From: Rhodospirillaceae bacterium
Lineage (GTDB): Bacteria; Pseudomonadota; Alphaproteobacteria; Rhodospirillales; UBA2165
Reading direction: 5' to 3'
DNA: 64,000 nt
NCBI GenBank assembly: GCA_018674495.1
Contig: JABHAA010000043.1
Location: 21,615-85,614, forward strand
The notes under the pieces were generated by a model. It made no database searches and was not told where the DNA came from. It was given only the letters and a program-made list of their open reading frames with translations. The position numbers and the translations under genes are program-made. This document shows positions 1-10,497 of the stretch, one piece after another; position 1 is the stretch's first letter; the number at the start of each line of letters is the position of its first letter.

Positions 1-2513
1 GTCAGTTCGAATAACTTTTGCGCCCAGCGCCTAGCTTCGTTGGGGCGGCCGTAGCTGGTGTGATAGAGCGAATGGCCGGTGAGAGCCTTGGAGGTCAGCC
101 AATTGTCCTTGAGAGCGCGGCCAATGCGCTCGGCTTTTTCGGAATATTCCACGACGATCCGCTTGCTTGTGGCGTCGTGATCACGGAAATAGATTTCCCC
201 CCACATCTTGCCCATGGCCACATAGCCGGTGATCAATTCGTTGCCGCTTTCGACGCCGATGGCGTCGGCCCGATCCAATAGTGGATAGCCGGTATCCATA
301 TTTCCGGCAAAAACATGGGCGTAACCGATTTCGAACAGTAGGCGCGAAAGGCGGTGGGGATCGCCAAGGGCCTCGGCGCGCGGCAAATGGGGTTCCAGCA
401 ACTCGACGATGCCGCCCATATCGATACGAAAATAAAGAACCCGCGCGAAATTTAATAATACATCGACGAAAAACGCATCGTCGGCGGCGTCCGGCACTTC
501 CTCGACCAGTTCCACCACCTGGCGAAGCCGTAAATAGGCTTCGTCCAGGGAATAGACCATCAGGCTTTTCTCGCCGGCCTCGGCCATATAGCGGACCGCT
601 TTTTCGGCGCGCGTCGTCTGGCCATAATGATGCGCCAGGGTTTCGGCGATCTCGCCCAGGCGGTGCTCGTTCTTCTGCTCCATCACCTCGGCGACCCGCT
701 CATGCAGAGCGGCGCGTTTATCCGAAAGCAAGCTGTCATAGACCGCGTCCTGGATCAGGGCGTGCTTGAAGATATATCCATCGCCGCGGGCGCCGCCATG
801 GATCAACTCCAACCGTTCCAACTCGGCGATGATCGACCCGGTATCGCCGCCGGCGACCTCGCCAACGATATCCGCATCGAAGCCGCGGCCGATCACCGAG
901 GCTACCTGCAACCAGTTCTTGGGAGCCTCGTCCAGCCGGTCAACGCGCGCCATCAAAAGGTTTTCGAGGGATACAGGCAGCGCCATATTGGCGGCGGCGG
1001 TTTCGGTAATCTCGCCCCGCTCGGACAGATAATTGACAATCTCTTCGGCAAATAGCGGATTACCTTCCGCCTTTTCGGTCACCAGTCGCGCCAATTCAGC
1101 CGGCACATCCTCGGTGCCCAGCCGGGCGCGCAGCAATTCGCCGGTGGCATTGGCGGACAAAGGCTTGAGCGCCATGGTCGTGACATTGGACTGTTCGTCC
1201 CAAGGCGGCGTGTAGCCGGGCCGGTAGGTGAAGATAGTCAACAATCGCCGCTCGCCGGCGTCACCCACAAGCCGCACCAACAAGGCTTCCGAGGCGGCGT
1301 CCATCCAGTGCAGGTCTTCGATATATAGTACCACCGGCGAGATGCGGCAGCGCTCTTCCAAAAGCCGGGCCAAAAGATCGCGGGTGCGTATGCCGGCGAT
1401 TTCCGAATGCTCCTTGGTAAATTCGGCCCCTTCCACTTTGACGCCCAAGAGGTTCAGCAAATAGGGCGCCTCTGCCTCGGCATCTAGCCCAAGCCGTTCC
1501 AGGCCCCGCTTCAAGCGCCGTTCCAGCGCTGTTTCGCTTTCCTTTTCATCGATCCGGAAGGACGAGCGCACCACATCGATAAACGGCAGGAACGGGGTGC
1601 CGTGGCCGCTTTCGGAACAATTGCCCTGCAGCCACACGGCGTCTTCGCCGGAGCCACGCTCGCGCAACTCATGCACCAGCCGGGATTTGCCGAGCCCAGC
1701 CTCGCCGATGATATTGACCACACGCGCCGCGCCGCCCGATGTTGTCTTGGCGAGATCGAGCAGCGTATCCAGCTCGTTCTGGCGGCCCACCAATTGCGTC
1801 AGGCCGCGCCTCAGGGCAGCATCGAAGCGGCTGGTATCGGCCGCCAAGCCATCGACGCGCCAGATTTTTTGGGCCTCCGTCTTGCCCTTGACGCCGTGCT
1901 CGCCGGCGAACTCGGCGACCACGAAATCGGCGACCAGCTGGTACGTTGCCTCGCCGACGACCATGGTGCCGGGCGCCGCCAACCCTTCCAGGCGCGCCGC
2001 TACATTGACCGAATCGCCAAGCGCCGTCACTTCTTGCTGCAACGCGCCGCCCAGCGCGCCGACAACCGCATAGCCGGAATTGACGCCGATACGCACTTCC
2101 GGGCGCTCGCCATGCTCGGCCTCGATAGCACGGCCCTTGGCATCGATGCGGGCCAGAATATCGAGCCCGGCACGGCACGCGTTCAAGGGTGCATCCTCCA
2201 CCGCCAGGGGCGCGCCAAACAACGCCATCAGCCCATCGCCAGTCAGTTTTTCGATGGTGCCGCCGTGATCGGTCACCGCCGCAGACATGTCGGCGATAAT
2301 TTCGGCCATGATATTGTAGAGCACTTCCTCGCCAACCCGCTCCGCCAGCGGCGTTGAGCCGACCACATCGGCGAACACGGCTGTCACCCGGCGCCGCTCA
2401 CCGCCGCCTATTGGCGCGGCTTCAGTTTCGGTGTCGGCGTTCAACGGCTCACCGCAGGCGCTGCAAAAGCGGGCGTCCCCGGCAATTTCGCCTTGGCATT
2501 TCGGACATTGCAT
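1..2513 (-). CDS. Multidomain signalling protein, 3' end runs off the window: zinc-ribbon + class III adenylate/guanylate cyclase domain + AAA/STAND-type NTPase + helical (TPR-like) C-terminal region
   Basis: Absent from the ORF track because it has no stop inside the window. Hand translation of the minus strand from ATG at 2513..2511 gives MQCPKCQGEIAGDARFCSACGEP. This is followed by cyclase motifs (RRRVTAVFADVVGSTPLAE, LTGDGLMALFGAP, RIGVNSGYAVVG, GDSVNVAARLEG), a Walker A motif (IIGEAGLGKSRL) and AEGNPLFAEEIV. I checked that the frame stays open at 1201-1260, 601-660 and 1-60. The + strand ORFs listed between 18 and 2357 are shadows of this gene. Confidence 0.85.
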   Translation of the reverse strand, partial: MQCPKCQGEIAGDARFCSACGEPLNADTETEAAPIGGGERRRVTAVFADVVGSTPLAERVGEEVLYNIMAEIIADMSAAVTDHGGTIEKLTGDGLMALFGAPLAVEDAPLNACRAGLDILARIDAKGRAIEAEHGERPEVRIGVNSGYAVVGALGGALQQEVTALGDSVNVAARLEGLAAPGTMVVGEATYQLVADFVVAEFAGEHGVKGKTEAQKIWRVDGLAADTSRFDAALRRGLTQLVGRQNELDTLLDLAKTTSGGAARVVNIIGEAGLGKSRLVHELRERGSGEDAVWLQGNCSESGHGTPFLPFIDVVRSSFRIDEKESETALERRLKRGLERLGLDAEAEAPYLLNLLGVKVEGAEFTKEHSEIAGIRTRDLLARLLEERCRISPVVLYIEDLHWMDAASEALLVRLVGDAGERRLLTIFTYRPGYTPPWDEQSNVTTMALKPLSANATGELLRARLGTEDVPAELARLVTEKAEGNPLFAEEIVNYLSERGEITETAAANMALPVSLENLLMARVDRLDEAPKNWLQVASVIGRGFDADIVGEVAGGDTGSIIAELERLELIHGGARGDGYIFKHALIQDAVYDSLLSDKRAALHERVAEVMEQKNEHRLGEIAETLAHHYGQTTRAEKAVRYMAEAGEKSLMVYSLDEAYLRLRQVVELVEEVPDAADDAFFVDVLLNFARVLYFRIDMGGIVELLEPHLPRAEALGDPHRLSRLLFEIGYAHVFAGNMDTGYPLLDRADAIGVESGNELITGYVAMGKMWGEIYFRDHDATSKRIVVEYSEKAERIGRALKDNWLTSKALTGHSLYHTSYGRPNEARRWAQKLFEL

Positions 2514-2670
2514 AAAGTTTCCCCGGCCCCTTATTTTCCGCACAGGGGCTCGCCAGTATACTACCCAAACGGGCAGTACCTGTCCAATTCCCGGAAATGG
2601 CGTAAAGCGCTTTTTAAGATTTGCGGGCCTACCCTACCGGCAATTCTGGCAATAAATATGGTGGGCGACC

Positions 2671-3825
2671 ATGCCAAGTGGCGAGCAGATATTCAACGCT
2701 GCCATCGAGCAGCAACTAGGCGGCAATCTCGGCGAGGCCGAGCGCTTGTACAAAATTTTTCTGGCCGATCATCCCGAACGAGACGACGCCCATTTCGGAT
2801 ACGGGCTTTTGTGCCTGGGCGACGGGCGCAAGGAAGACGCCGTCCGCAATTTCGAACGAGCTTTGTTCCTTAGCCCGGGCAACGTGGATTACTGGGCCAA
2901 TCTTGCCACCGCGAATTTCTCCATGGGCCGCATCGCCGACGCCCAATATGCCCATTTGCGGGCGCTCCGAATTGAGCCGGGCAACACCGAAATCAAAAAA
3001 TTGCGCGAGGATTTTGCCGCCCGGCCGCACATGTTCGGCGAAGGCGGTATCCAGAGCGCCCATGCGCCAGCGCGCCAGGTTTATATGTCGGCGGCGGTGG
3101 ATTTACTCAAAGACACGGCGGCGCCGCTACGCATTCTGGAGATCGGCTCCTATATGGGCGCCTCGCTCCAGACCTGGGCCGACGCCGCCGAGCGTCTTTA
3201 CGGCGCGGAAACGGAGATCCTCTGCATTGATCCCTGGGGTGATACTGGCGCCGCGCAATACCGGGATAAGGTGTGCGGCGCATTGGAATCCCAGGTTGCC
3301 TACGAGATATTCCGGCACAATGCGAAGCTTGCCGCCGCCCGGCCCAATATTTCGGTCACCGGAATGCGGGCCACCAGCCGCGAGGCCCTGCCCTTCCTGG
3401 GCGAGTTACGATTTCAACTCATCTATGTTGATGGCGGCCATTTTTACGACGACGCCCTGTTCGACATCACCGAATGCCACCGCCTGCTGGCCCCCGGCGG
3501 CATCATGTGCGGCGACGATTTGGAATTACAGGCGCACCAATGCGATTACGACTTCCTTCAGGCCAATAAAGCGGCCGATTTCATTGCCGGCGATGATGGC
3601 ACCGAATTTCATCCCGGCGTGACCCTGGCAGTGGCGGAATTTTTCGGCAAGGTTTCGGCCTTCAATGGCTTCTGGGCGATGCGCAAACTTGAAGGCGGCG
3701 CCTACGCCGCAGTTGACTTCAAGAATGCCAGGGGGCTGCTTCCAGTTCATTGGCCGGGGAACCTGCAAAGACTGGCACGGGATCAGATCGCCGAAAACCA
3801 ATCCCTCGATACCCTGGTGGCCTGA
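2671..3825 (+). CDS. TPR repeat protein fused to a class I SAM-dependent methyltransferase (Methyltransf_24/CmcI-like)
   Basis: 384 aa. The N-terminus has TPR-like repeats (AERLYKIFLADHPERDDAHFGYGLL, NFERALFLSPGNVDYWANLA). The C-terminus has MTase-fold motifs LRILEIGSYMGASL, CIDPW, LIYVDGGHFYDDALFD and LLAPGGIMCGDD. Confidence 0.7.
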   Translation: MPSGEQIFNAAIEQQLGGNLGEAERLYKIFLADHPERDDAHFGYGLLCLGDGRKEDAVRNFERALFLSPGNVDYWANLATANFSMGRIADAQYAHLRALRIEPGNTEIKKLREDFAARPHMFGEGGIQSAHAPARQVYMSAAVDLLKDTAAPLRILEIGSYMGASLQTWADAAERLYGAETEILCIDPWGDTGAAQYRDKVCGALESQVAYEIFRHNAKLAAARPNISVTGMRATSREALPFLGELRFQLIYVDGGHFYDDALFDITECHRLLAPGGIMCGDDLELQAHQCDYDFLQANKAADFIAGDDGTEFHPGVTLAVAEFFGKVSAFNGFWAMRKLEGGAYAAVDFKNARGLLPVHWPGNLQRLARDQIAENQSLDTLVA

Positions 3826-3936
3826 TCTGGCCGGCTAATTCAGCTGCCTATACAATTGCGTCTTTTCTATCGGAACGGGTATATTGCTGCCCATTGCGGC
3901 CAAGCGCACGCGGCGAACCGGGGACGCGTAACTTCC

Positions 3937-4914
3937 ATGACGCGGATTAACTTTATTTTATTGGTGCTAAGCGTTTGGATATCAGGCAGCGGATCTGGTC
4001 AAGCGCTCGAGATTAAAATCGTCGAAAACCAGATGATAGTGACCGGTCCGATCACCGTGCCCGACGCAAGGGAATTTGGGCTTACCCTCAACAAACATCC
4101 ACAAGTGGACACGCTGGTTTTGCGTCAAATGCCGGGCGGAAGAGCCGTCGCCATGGAGCAAATATCGGCAATGGTCGAAAAAAGGAAACTCACGACGATT
4201 GTTTCGGGATTATGCCTGTCGGCCTGTGCCCATATTTTTCTGGCCGGTGAAAAACGTCAATTTTCAGACGATTTTCCGTTGGTGAATTCGTTTCTTGGAT
4301 ATCACGGCACCTACCCGTCGGCCAACTCCGGGGATGGCTGGATGGGCGATGTCCCAGACAATACCGAACGCTGGTACGTCAAACGCTCCGGCGGCAAACT
4401 TGATCCCCAACTGGTGCTCGACTGGCTTCGCCTCGACCATGCGTCCGGTCTGGCGCGGTTTTACCATCCCAAGCTCAAAGGCCGATTTTCCGTTGTTACT
4501 TTTCTCTGTGAAAGACGCATGGCCTTGAGCAAGTGCAAGCAATTGGAAAAATCGGCGCTCGAATACGGCGTGATCACCACGGGCGAGCTAGGCCACGTCA
4601 AGGACACGCCCTACTGGACGCCCGATCTCTATAAGAAAACCACCCTGCATGTTAAGGAGCTGATGCACGGCGATACACTCACCGACGAAAAAAAGGGAGA
4701 TGTCGAAGCCTATCTGAAGGACCCCAAGCGCCGCGCCATGGTCATGTCCGGCAATGGCAGATGGCTGCTTTGGTCTTCCAAAATCCGATTGGACGTGGCC
4801 ATTGCGACGGCAATATTTCGTTGCCGGGCCCGGACGAATGGGCAATGCCATGTGATCGCCCTGGACGACGCACTGGTCAAAACGCCACTGCAAATAGACC
4901 GCTTGCGATTTTAA
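3937..4914 (+). CDS. Secreted hypothetical protein
   Basis: I moved the start to the internal ATG at 3937, which gives a signal peptide MTRINFILLVLSVWISGSGSGQA. GLCLSACAHIFLAGEKR weakly resembles a ClpP/SppA-fold motif. The C-terminal GNGRWLLWSS...AIATAIFRCRARTNGQCHVIA weakly resembles DUF4189. G+C is visibly lower than in the flanks. Confidence 0.55.
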   Translation: MTRINFILLVLSVWISGSGSGQALEIKIVENQMIVTGPITVPDAREFGLTLNKHPQVDTLVLRQMPGGRAVAMEQISAMVEKRKLTTIVSGLCLSACAHIFLAGEKRQFSDDFPLVNSFLGYHGTYPSANSGDGWMGDVPDNTERWYVKRSGGKLDPQLVLDWLRLDHASGLARFYHPKLKGRFSVVTFLCERRMALSKCKQLEKSALEYGVITTGELGHVKDTPYWTPDLYKKTTLHVKELMHGDTLTDEKKGDVEAYLKDPKRRAMVMSGNGRWLLWSSKIRLDVAIATAIFRCRARTNGQCHVIALDDALVKTPLQIDRLRF

Positions 4915-4932
4915 ACGCACCCTTCGGGTAAT

Positions 4933-6564
4933 CTAGCCAGGCAGGCTGTAACCCTTGAAGTCTTCGCGAAGCTTGGTCTTCAAGATTTTGCCGGTGGCCG
5001 TGTGCGGCAGCTCATCAACGAATTCCACCGCATCGGGGATGCACATCTTTGCCACCTTGCCATCGAACAAGGCCAGGATATCATCGGGCGCCGGCGCTTT
5101 GCCTTTCGCCGGCACAATGACCAGCAACGGCCGCTCGCCCCATTTATCATGTTCAATGCCAATGACTGCGGCCTCCGCCACATCTGCATGGCCGACCGCC
5201 AGGTTTTCCAGCTCGATAGAGCTGATCCATTCGCCGCCCGACTTGATCACGTCCTTGGCCCGATCGACGATCTGCATGAAGCCTTCTGCGTCGATGGTGG
5301 ACACATCTCCGGTGCGCAAATAGCCGTCATCGTCGAAGGCGCCCTTGTCGGCGTCATCGTCCTCGAAATAGCCGCCGGTGATCCAGGGGCCGCGCACGCA
5401 CAGCTCGCCAAACGCATCGCCGTCATGGTCCAAGGGCTTGCCGCCGTCGCCTGCGATTTTCATATCGACACCATAGACCGGGCGTCCCTGTTTGACGCGG
5501 TATTGAATGGTTTCGGAAGGCGCTGCGCCGGTCATAGAATTTTTGATTCTGGCGACGGTGCCGAGCGGGCTCATCTCGGTCATGCCCCAGGCGTGGATGC
5601 ATTCGGCGCCAACGTCGTTTTCAAACGCCTCGATCATGGATTGGGGCACCGCCGAGCCGCCGACGATGACCCGCTCCAGCTTCGGCAGTTGCACGCCCGC
5701 TTCCTTCAAGTGTGCCAGCAGCATGGCCCAGATTGTGGGCACGCCGGCGCTCATGGTGGCGCCTTCATCGGCCAGCAGCTCGGCCACCGATTTGCCGTCC
5801 ATGCCGGCGCCCGGAAAGATCAACTTGGCCCCGGCCATGGCGCAGGCATAAGGCAATCCCCAGGCGTTGACGTGGAACATGGGAACCACCGGCAGCACCG
5901 CGTCCCGGGCCGAAACGGCGAGCCCGTCGGCGGCGCAGGTGGCCCAGGAATGTAATACTGTCGAGCGGTGCGAATACAAAACCCCCTTCGGATTGCCGGT
6001 GGTGCCGGACGAATAGCAAAGCGAGGACGCGGTGTTTTCGTCCAACGCCGGCCATGGGTAATCTTCTGCCTCGGCTCCGATGATATCTTCGAATGCGAGG
6101 GCGCCGGGGATTTGCGTTTCGGGCATGTGCTCGGCGTCGGTCATGATCACCACGCGGGCGCCCACCGGCAATCGGTCCACAAGTGCTTCCAGCACCGGCA
6201 CGAACGTCAAATCCACAAAGATCACCTTGTCGCCGGCATGGTTCAGGATATAGGCGATCTGATCGGCGAACAGGCGGGGATTGATGGTGTGGCAAATAGC
6301 GCCCATGCCGGAGACCGCGAAATACAATTCGAAATGCCGGTTGGTGTTCCAGGCCAATGTCGCCACCCTATCGCCCTCGCCAACACCAAGACCAGCCAGC
6401 GCGTGCGCCAGCTTGCCGATGCGCTTGTAGGAATCCGCATAAGTATAGCGGTGGATCGGCCCTTCGACCGAGCGGGTCACGATCTCCGTGGAGCCATGAA
6501 ATTTGACCGCAAATTCGATCAGCGAATTGATCGTAAGCTGGGTATCCATCATCTTGCCGAGCAT
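4933..6564 (-). CDS. Medium/long-chain acyl-CoA synthetase (AMP-forming adenylate-forming family)
   Basis: 543 aa. It carries the AMP-binding signature [12 protein letters not shown], then [32 protein letters not shown] and a C-terminal [10 protein letters not shown]. Confidence 0.9.
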   Translation of the reverse strand: MLGKMMDTQLTINSLIEFAVKFHGSTEIVTRSVEGPIHRYTYADSYKRIGKLAHALAGLGVGEGDRVATLAWNTNRHFELYFAVSGMGAICHTINPRLFADQIAYILNHAGDKVIFVDLTFVPVLEALVDRLPVGARVVIMTDAEHMPETQIPGALAFEDIIGAEAEDYPWPALDENTASSLCYSSGTTGNPKGVLYSHRSTVLHSWATCAADGLAVSARDAVLPVVPMFHVNAWGLPYACAMAGAKLIFPGAGMDGKSVAELLADEGATMSAGVPTIWAMLLAHLKEAGVQLPKLERVIVGGSAVPQSMIEAFENDVGAECIHAWGMTEMSPLGTVARIKNSMTGAAPSETIQYRVKQGRPVYGVDMKIAGDGGKPLDHDGDAFGELCVRGPWITGGYFEDDDADKGAFDDDGYLRTGDVSTIDAEGFMQIVDRAKDVIKSGGEWISSIELENLAVGHADVAEAAVIGIEHDKWGERPLLVIVPAKGKAPAPDDILALFDGKVAKMCIPDAVEFVDELPHTATGKILKTKLREDFKGYSLPG

Positions 6565-6749
6565 TTTAACCTCCCTGGCCGCAATCCTTGAATACGCGTG
6601 TTATAGCGATTGGTGATTGAAGCGATTAAAGCCCGAAACCGTTGGCGAATAAATCGAATTTTATATAACTTTGTTTTTACCGCGCTAGCTCCAATATAAT
6701 TTGCAGGATTGCGTAGCATCCGAATAGATCCAAATAGGCTGACCGAAAT

Positions 6750-9398
6750 ATGAAACTTAAAACGATCGCATTGGCATTTACGATCCTGCTGGCCGTTACC
6801 GGCGCACTGATTGTGGCGGCAGAATATTTCACCCTGAGCAATGTGCGCGATATCGAATCCAAATGGATCGCCTTCCAGGCGGGGCGCTCGGAAAAATTGC
6901 GTGCGGTCAATACGCTGCGCCGCGAGCTCGGCTATGGCGGTATGATCCATAGCTTCAAAAATTATGTCCTGCGAAAGGATGCCGGGCTCAAAAGGATTGT
7001 CGATACCAATCTTGGCGGCGCGCGTGCAATCATCGCCCAGTACCGTTCGCTCGGCATTGGCGCGGAGGAAGAGAAATCTCTGGTTGATATTTCCAAGGTA
7101 TTGGATGCCTATTCCGATGCATTGGAAAAGGCCGGAACGCTGATCGGCCGGGGCGAATCCCCCGGCGAAATTGACGGCACCGTCAAAGTCGATGACGCGC
7201 CAGCCCTGGGTGGGCTCAATGCGCTGGACCGCGAATTGACAAGGCAAAGAAACTTGATCACCCCGGTCCGCGGCAAACCGCAATTTATCAGTGATTTCCG
7301 CCGCTCCATTGGCTATGGCGGCATGATCCACGATTTTAAGAATTTTGTTCTGCGCCACGACCATACGCTTTTGAAATCCATCGAAACCGATTTGGCCGCC
7401 GCCACCAGCGCCTTGAACGGCTATGAGGCGCTTGGCATCAATGACGCGGAGACGCGGGCCTTGGCCGGCATTCGATCAACCCTTGCCTCCTATGCCACTG
7501 CGGTAGCGATAGCCGAACGGCTTGCCGATGGTGGCTCCCGGCCGGCGGTGATCGACCAGGCGGTGCGCGTCGATGATGGCCGGGCCCTCAGCGGGCTGGC
7601 AACCCTCAGCCAGGAAATCATTGCCGCCAGCGACGCCAGCGCCAGGCGCGTTTCAGAATCGCTCGGTTTGGTTGCCGGGATCGCTGTATCGGCGGCCTGG
7701 ATCACCACCGCGCTTATTTTGCTGCTGATCGCCACGTCACTATGGCTGATCCGAAACCGTATCGTCGGCGCCATCACCCGTATGACAGCGCTTATGACCC
7801 GGCTAGCCGAGGGTGATTTAAATGCCCCCATTTATGAAACCAACCAAATCAATGAAATCGGCGCCATGGAGCACGCCCTCGAGATTTTTCGCGATACGGC
7901 AACCGACCGGCTGGACCAGGCGCTCCGCTTCCAGCTGGTTCTGGACAATGCCGCCGACGGCATCATCACGATCAACGATCAAGGCACTATTGAGCTGTTT
8001 AATTCGGCGGCGGAGCAAATGTTCGGATACAGCGCCGGCGAAATGGTTGGAAAGTCGTTGGATGCGCTGCTGCCGGAATCAATAGACGGCAACCATGTCA
8101 AATTCATCGGTGACTATATGGGGACTGGTATCGCCAAGGTCATCGGATCCAAATCGGAATTTGAAGGGCGCCGCAAAGACGGCACGACCATTCCCATCGA
8201 GCTGGCCGTTACGGAACTGAAAACCGGCGGACGGTCCCTATTTACCGGAATTATCCGTGATATTCGCGACCGCAAGCAAGCCGAGCTGGTAAAAGATCAA
8301 TTCGTATCAACGGTCAGCCACGAGTTGCGCACGCCGCTCACATCGATCCGAGGCTCGCTCGGCCTGTTGCTTGGCGGCGCATTATCTGGCGACGCTGAGA
8401 AGACCAATGAAATGCTGACTTTGGCATCGAACAACACAAACCGGCTCATCAACTTGGTGAATGATCTTTTGGATTTCGAAAAGCTGCAATCGGATCAGAT
8501 CAGCTTCGATTACCAGCCGGTCGATCTCGGCACGCTGGTCGAGCAAGCTATCGAGATCAACCGCCCTTACGCGGAGCAGTTGGACGTGTCGATCCGTTAT
8601 GAGAACGCCGCCCAGGATTCCAGCGACGGCGCCCAGGTCATTGTAGACCCAGACCGCCTGATACAGGTGCTGTCCAATTTTCTTTCCAACGGTGCAAAAT
8701 TTTCGCCGGCAGGCGGCTTGCTGTCCGTCACCGTCGCCAGTGAAGGCAAAAATATCCGGGTTTCGGTGGCCGACAATGGCCCGGGGATCGCGCCGGAATT
8801 CGAAGATGGCATCTTTGAACGCTTCACTCAGGCCGATTCGTCCGATACCCGCCACAAGGGCGGCACCGGGCTTGGCCTTTCCATTTCCAAAGCAATTATC
8901 GAAAAGCATGGTGGCACTATCGGTTTCACCACCGAGGTCGGTACGGGCAGCGTATTTTTCTTCGAGATAGCCGAATCCGGCCGGGGCCAAGACATTCAAA
9001 ATCAGGTTTTGTCGGGCAAAGTGTTCCAGAGGCAGCGCGCGGACGGCGAGAAACCCAGAATCCTTCATGTCGAGGACGACAAGGACATATCCCGCATTAT
9101 GCAAACGCAAATCGGCGCCGACATGGACTATGACTGCGCCGCGACCATGGCCGATGCGCGGCGCATGTTGTTGGCAGGGCCCTACGATGCGGTGATCATT
9201 GATCCCGGCATGCCCGACGGTAGTGGGCTGGACCTTTTGCCCTACCTCAACCCATCGAGCGAAGACGGCGTGCCGTCCATTGTCTACTCATCCGACAACT
9301 GGGACCCAAGTCAATTTGCAGAAGCCACCACTTTCTACCTGAAATCGAAACATTCGAACGCTGAGCTGATCGACGAAATCAAGCGGCTGGTGGCGTAA
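6750..9398 (+). CDS. Hybrid sensor histidine kinase: TM, duplicated periplasmic sensor module, TM, HAMP, PAS, HisKA, HATPase_c and a C-terminal receiver
   Basis: 882 aa. There are two roughly 110-aa sensor repeats, each opening with (L/I)GYGGMIH(S/D)FKN(Y/F)VLR. It also has an H-box VSTVSHELRTPLTSIRG, an ATPase G-box DNGPGIAPEF...GGTGLGLSISK, and a receiver segment RILHVEDDKD...AVIIDPGMPDGSG. Confidence 0.9.
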   Translation: MKLKTIALAFTILLAVTGALIVAAEYFTLSNVRDIESKWIAFQAGRSEKLRAVNTLRRELGYGGMIHSFKNYVLRKDAGLKRIVDTNLGGARAIIAQYRSLGIGAEEEKSLVDISKVLDAYSDALEKAGTLIGRGESPGEIDGTVKVDDAPALGGLNALDRELTRQRNLITPVRGKPQFISDFRRSIGYGGMIHDFKNFVLRHDHTLLKSIETDLAAATSALNGYEALGINDAETRALAGIRSTLASYATAVAIAERLADGGSRPAVIDQAVRVDDGRALSGLATLSQEIIAASDASARRVSESLGLVAGIAVSAAWITTALILLLIATSLWLIRNRIVGAITRMTALMTRLAEGDLNAPIYETNQINEIGAMEHALEIFRDTATDRLDQALRFQLVLDNAADGIITINDQGTIELFNSAAEQMFGYSAGEMVGKSLDALLPESIDGNHVKFIGDYMGTGIAKVIGSKSEFEGRRKDGTTIPIELAVTELKTGGRSLFTGIIRDIRDRKQAELVKDQFVSTVSHELRTPLTSIRGSLGLLLGGALSGDAEKTNEMLTLASNNTNRLINLVNDLLDFEKLQSDQISFDYQPVDLGTLVEQAIEINRPYAEQLDVSIRYENAAQDSSDGAQVIVDPDRLIQVLSNFLSNGAKFSPAGGLLSVTVASEGKNIRVSVADNGPGIAPEFEDGIFERFTQADSSDTRHKGGTGLGLSISKAIIEKHGGTIGFTTEVGTGSVFFFEIAESGRGQDIQNQVLSGKVFQRQRADGEKPRILHVEDDKDISRIMQTQIGADMDYDCAATMADARRMLLAGPYDAVIIDPGMPDGSGLDLLPYLNPSSEDGVPSIVYSSDNWDPSQFAEATTFYLKSKHSNAELIDEIKRLVA

Positions 9399-9851
9399 GC
9401 GGTCTTCAATCGCCCTCGATCTTTAACCCGGCCTTGCGGAGGCCTTCGTTAATCTGATCGAAAAAAAGCGGTGTGTTTATAACATGTTTCCGCTGGATAC
9501 CGAAATCGGAAGGGATGGTTTCAGGTATATCCAGATTGTCTTTAGCCGACTTCAGCCTCCAAATCGTCCAAGTGAACCAGTGCCGACAAAAGCACATATT
9601 TTGAGCCCGGCGAATTGTGGTCCGGCTAGCAGCCCTACAAATCCTTGGCGGCCTTTTCGCTCAGACAACCCTCTTCCAGGTTGCGCGCCAGGCACGTAGT
9701 TGCCCGCGCGAGCGGATCGCCGAAACCGCCGCCGGCGCTTCTTCTTCGTCCGGCATGTCGGCGCCGATCAAGACCGAAATCCTCCTTGCCCGCCAGCTTG
9801 CCCTGCCCCGATTCTTACCTGAACCAGTGGCCCGATAAATTCGCCGGAGAA

Positions 9852-10490
9852 TCAAGATTTGCGGTAAATCAGCGACAGGTTGTTGGACGGCATCGAAACG
9901 CGGCGCTCCAATGCGAAGCCATGATCCTTTGCCAGCGTCGTTACGTCATCCAAGTCACGCACCCCGTATTCGGGATTGCGAGATTTTAACGCCGCATTGA
10001 AATTGGCGTTGCCGGGAGACGTGTGCACGCCGCCCTCGGAAAACGGGCCATAGATATACAGAATTCCGCCCTTCCCCAATATCCGGGCAGCGCCGGCGAT
10101 CAGGCCGACGCAAGACGCCCAGGGAGATATATGGATCATGTTGGACGATATCACCGCATCCGCCTGATCGACGGGCCAATGGTCCTCGCGGCAATCCAAT
10201 TCAAGCGGGGCTGGTGCGTTTTCGATACCGGCGTAATCGATCCAGGCGGCGATGCTGGTTCGCAAATCCGGCTCCGGCTCGGTTGCTTGCCATTCTAGGC
10301 CGGAGAAATGGGCGGCGAAGTGGGCCGTATGCTGGCCCGACCCGGCGCCGACTTCCAACACAAATCCGGAGCTTGGCAGCACCGTTTTCAGGACCTCCAG
10401 GATCGGGCCTTTGTTGTTTTCCGGCGACGGATAGATGCGCCGCGCGCCTTTGGCGTCATAGCCGTCGGCATGGGTGGGCGTTCTGGCCAT
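9852..10490 (-). CDS. DUF938-type class I SAM-dependent methyltransferase-like protein
   Basis: I moved the start to the ATG at 10490, 7 nt after the stop of the upstream cyclase gene. Motifs are VLEVGAGSGQHTAHFA, AVISSNMIHISPW and GGILYIYGPF. Confidence 0.8.
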   Translation of the reverse strand: MARTPTHADGYDAKGARRIYPSPENNKGPILEVLKTVLPSSGFVLEVGAGSGQHTAHFAAHFSGLEWQATEPEPDLRTSIAAWIDYAGIENAPAPLELDCREDHWPVDQADAVISSNMIHISPWASCVGLIAGAARILGKGGILYIYGPFSEGGVHTSPGNANFNAALKSRNPEYGVRDLDDVTTLAKDHGFALERRVSMPSNNLSLIYRKS

Positions 10491-10497
10491 GGTCACA

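Noticed and set aside
18-2357. A series of + strand ORFs at the left end (18..281, 281..769, 627..1055, 1602..2357 and others).
   Set aside because: All overlap the hand-translated minus-strand cyclase/STAND gene (1..2513), which has strong motifs. The + strand products look like antisense noise.
4915-4932. An ACCC-TTCG-GGT mini-hairpin between convergent genes.
   Set aside because: A 4-bp stem is too weak to call as a terminator without energy calculations.
9406-9597. A 63-aa minus-strand ORF (MCFCRHWFTWTIWRL...NEGLRKAGLKIEGD) just after the kinase gene.
   Set aside because: The N-terminus is Trp/Cys-rich and implausible, there is no ribosome-binding site and no recognisable family. At most it is a gene fragment, so I did not call it.
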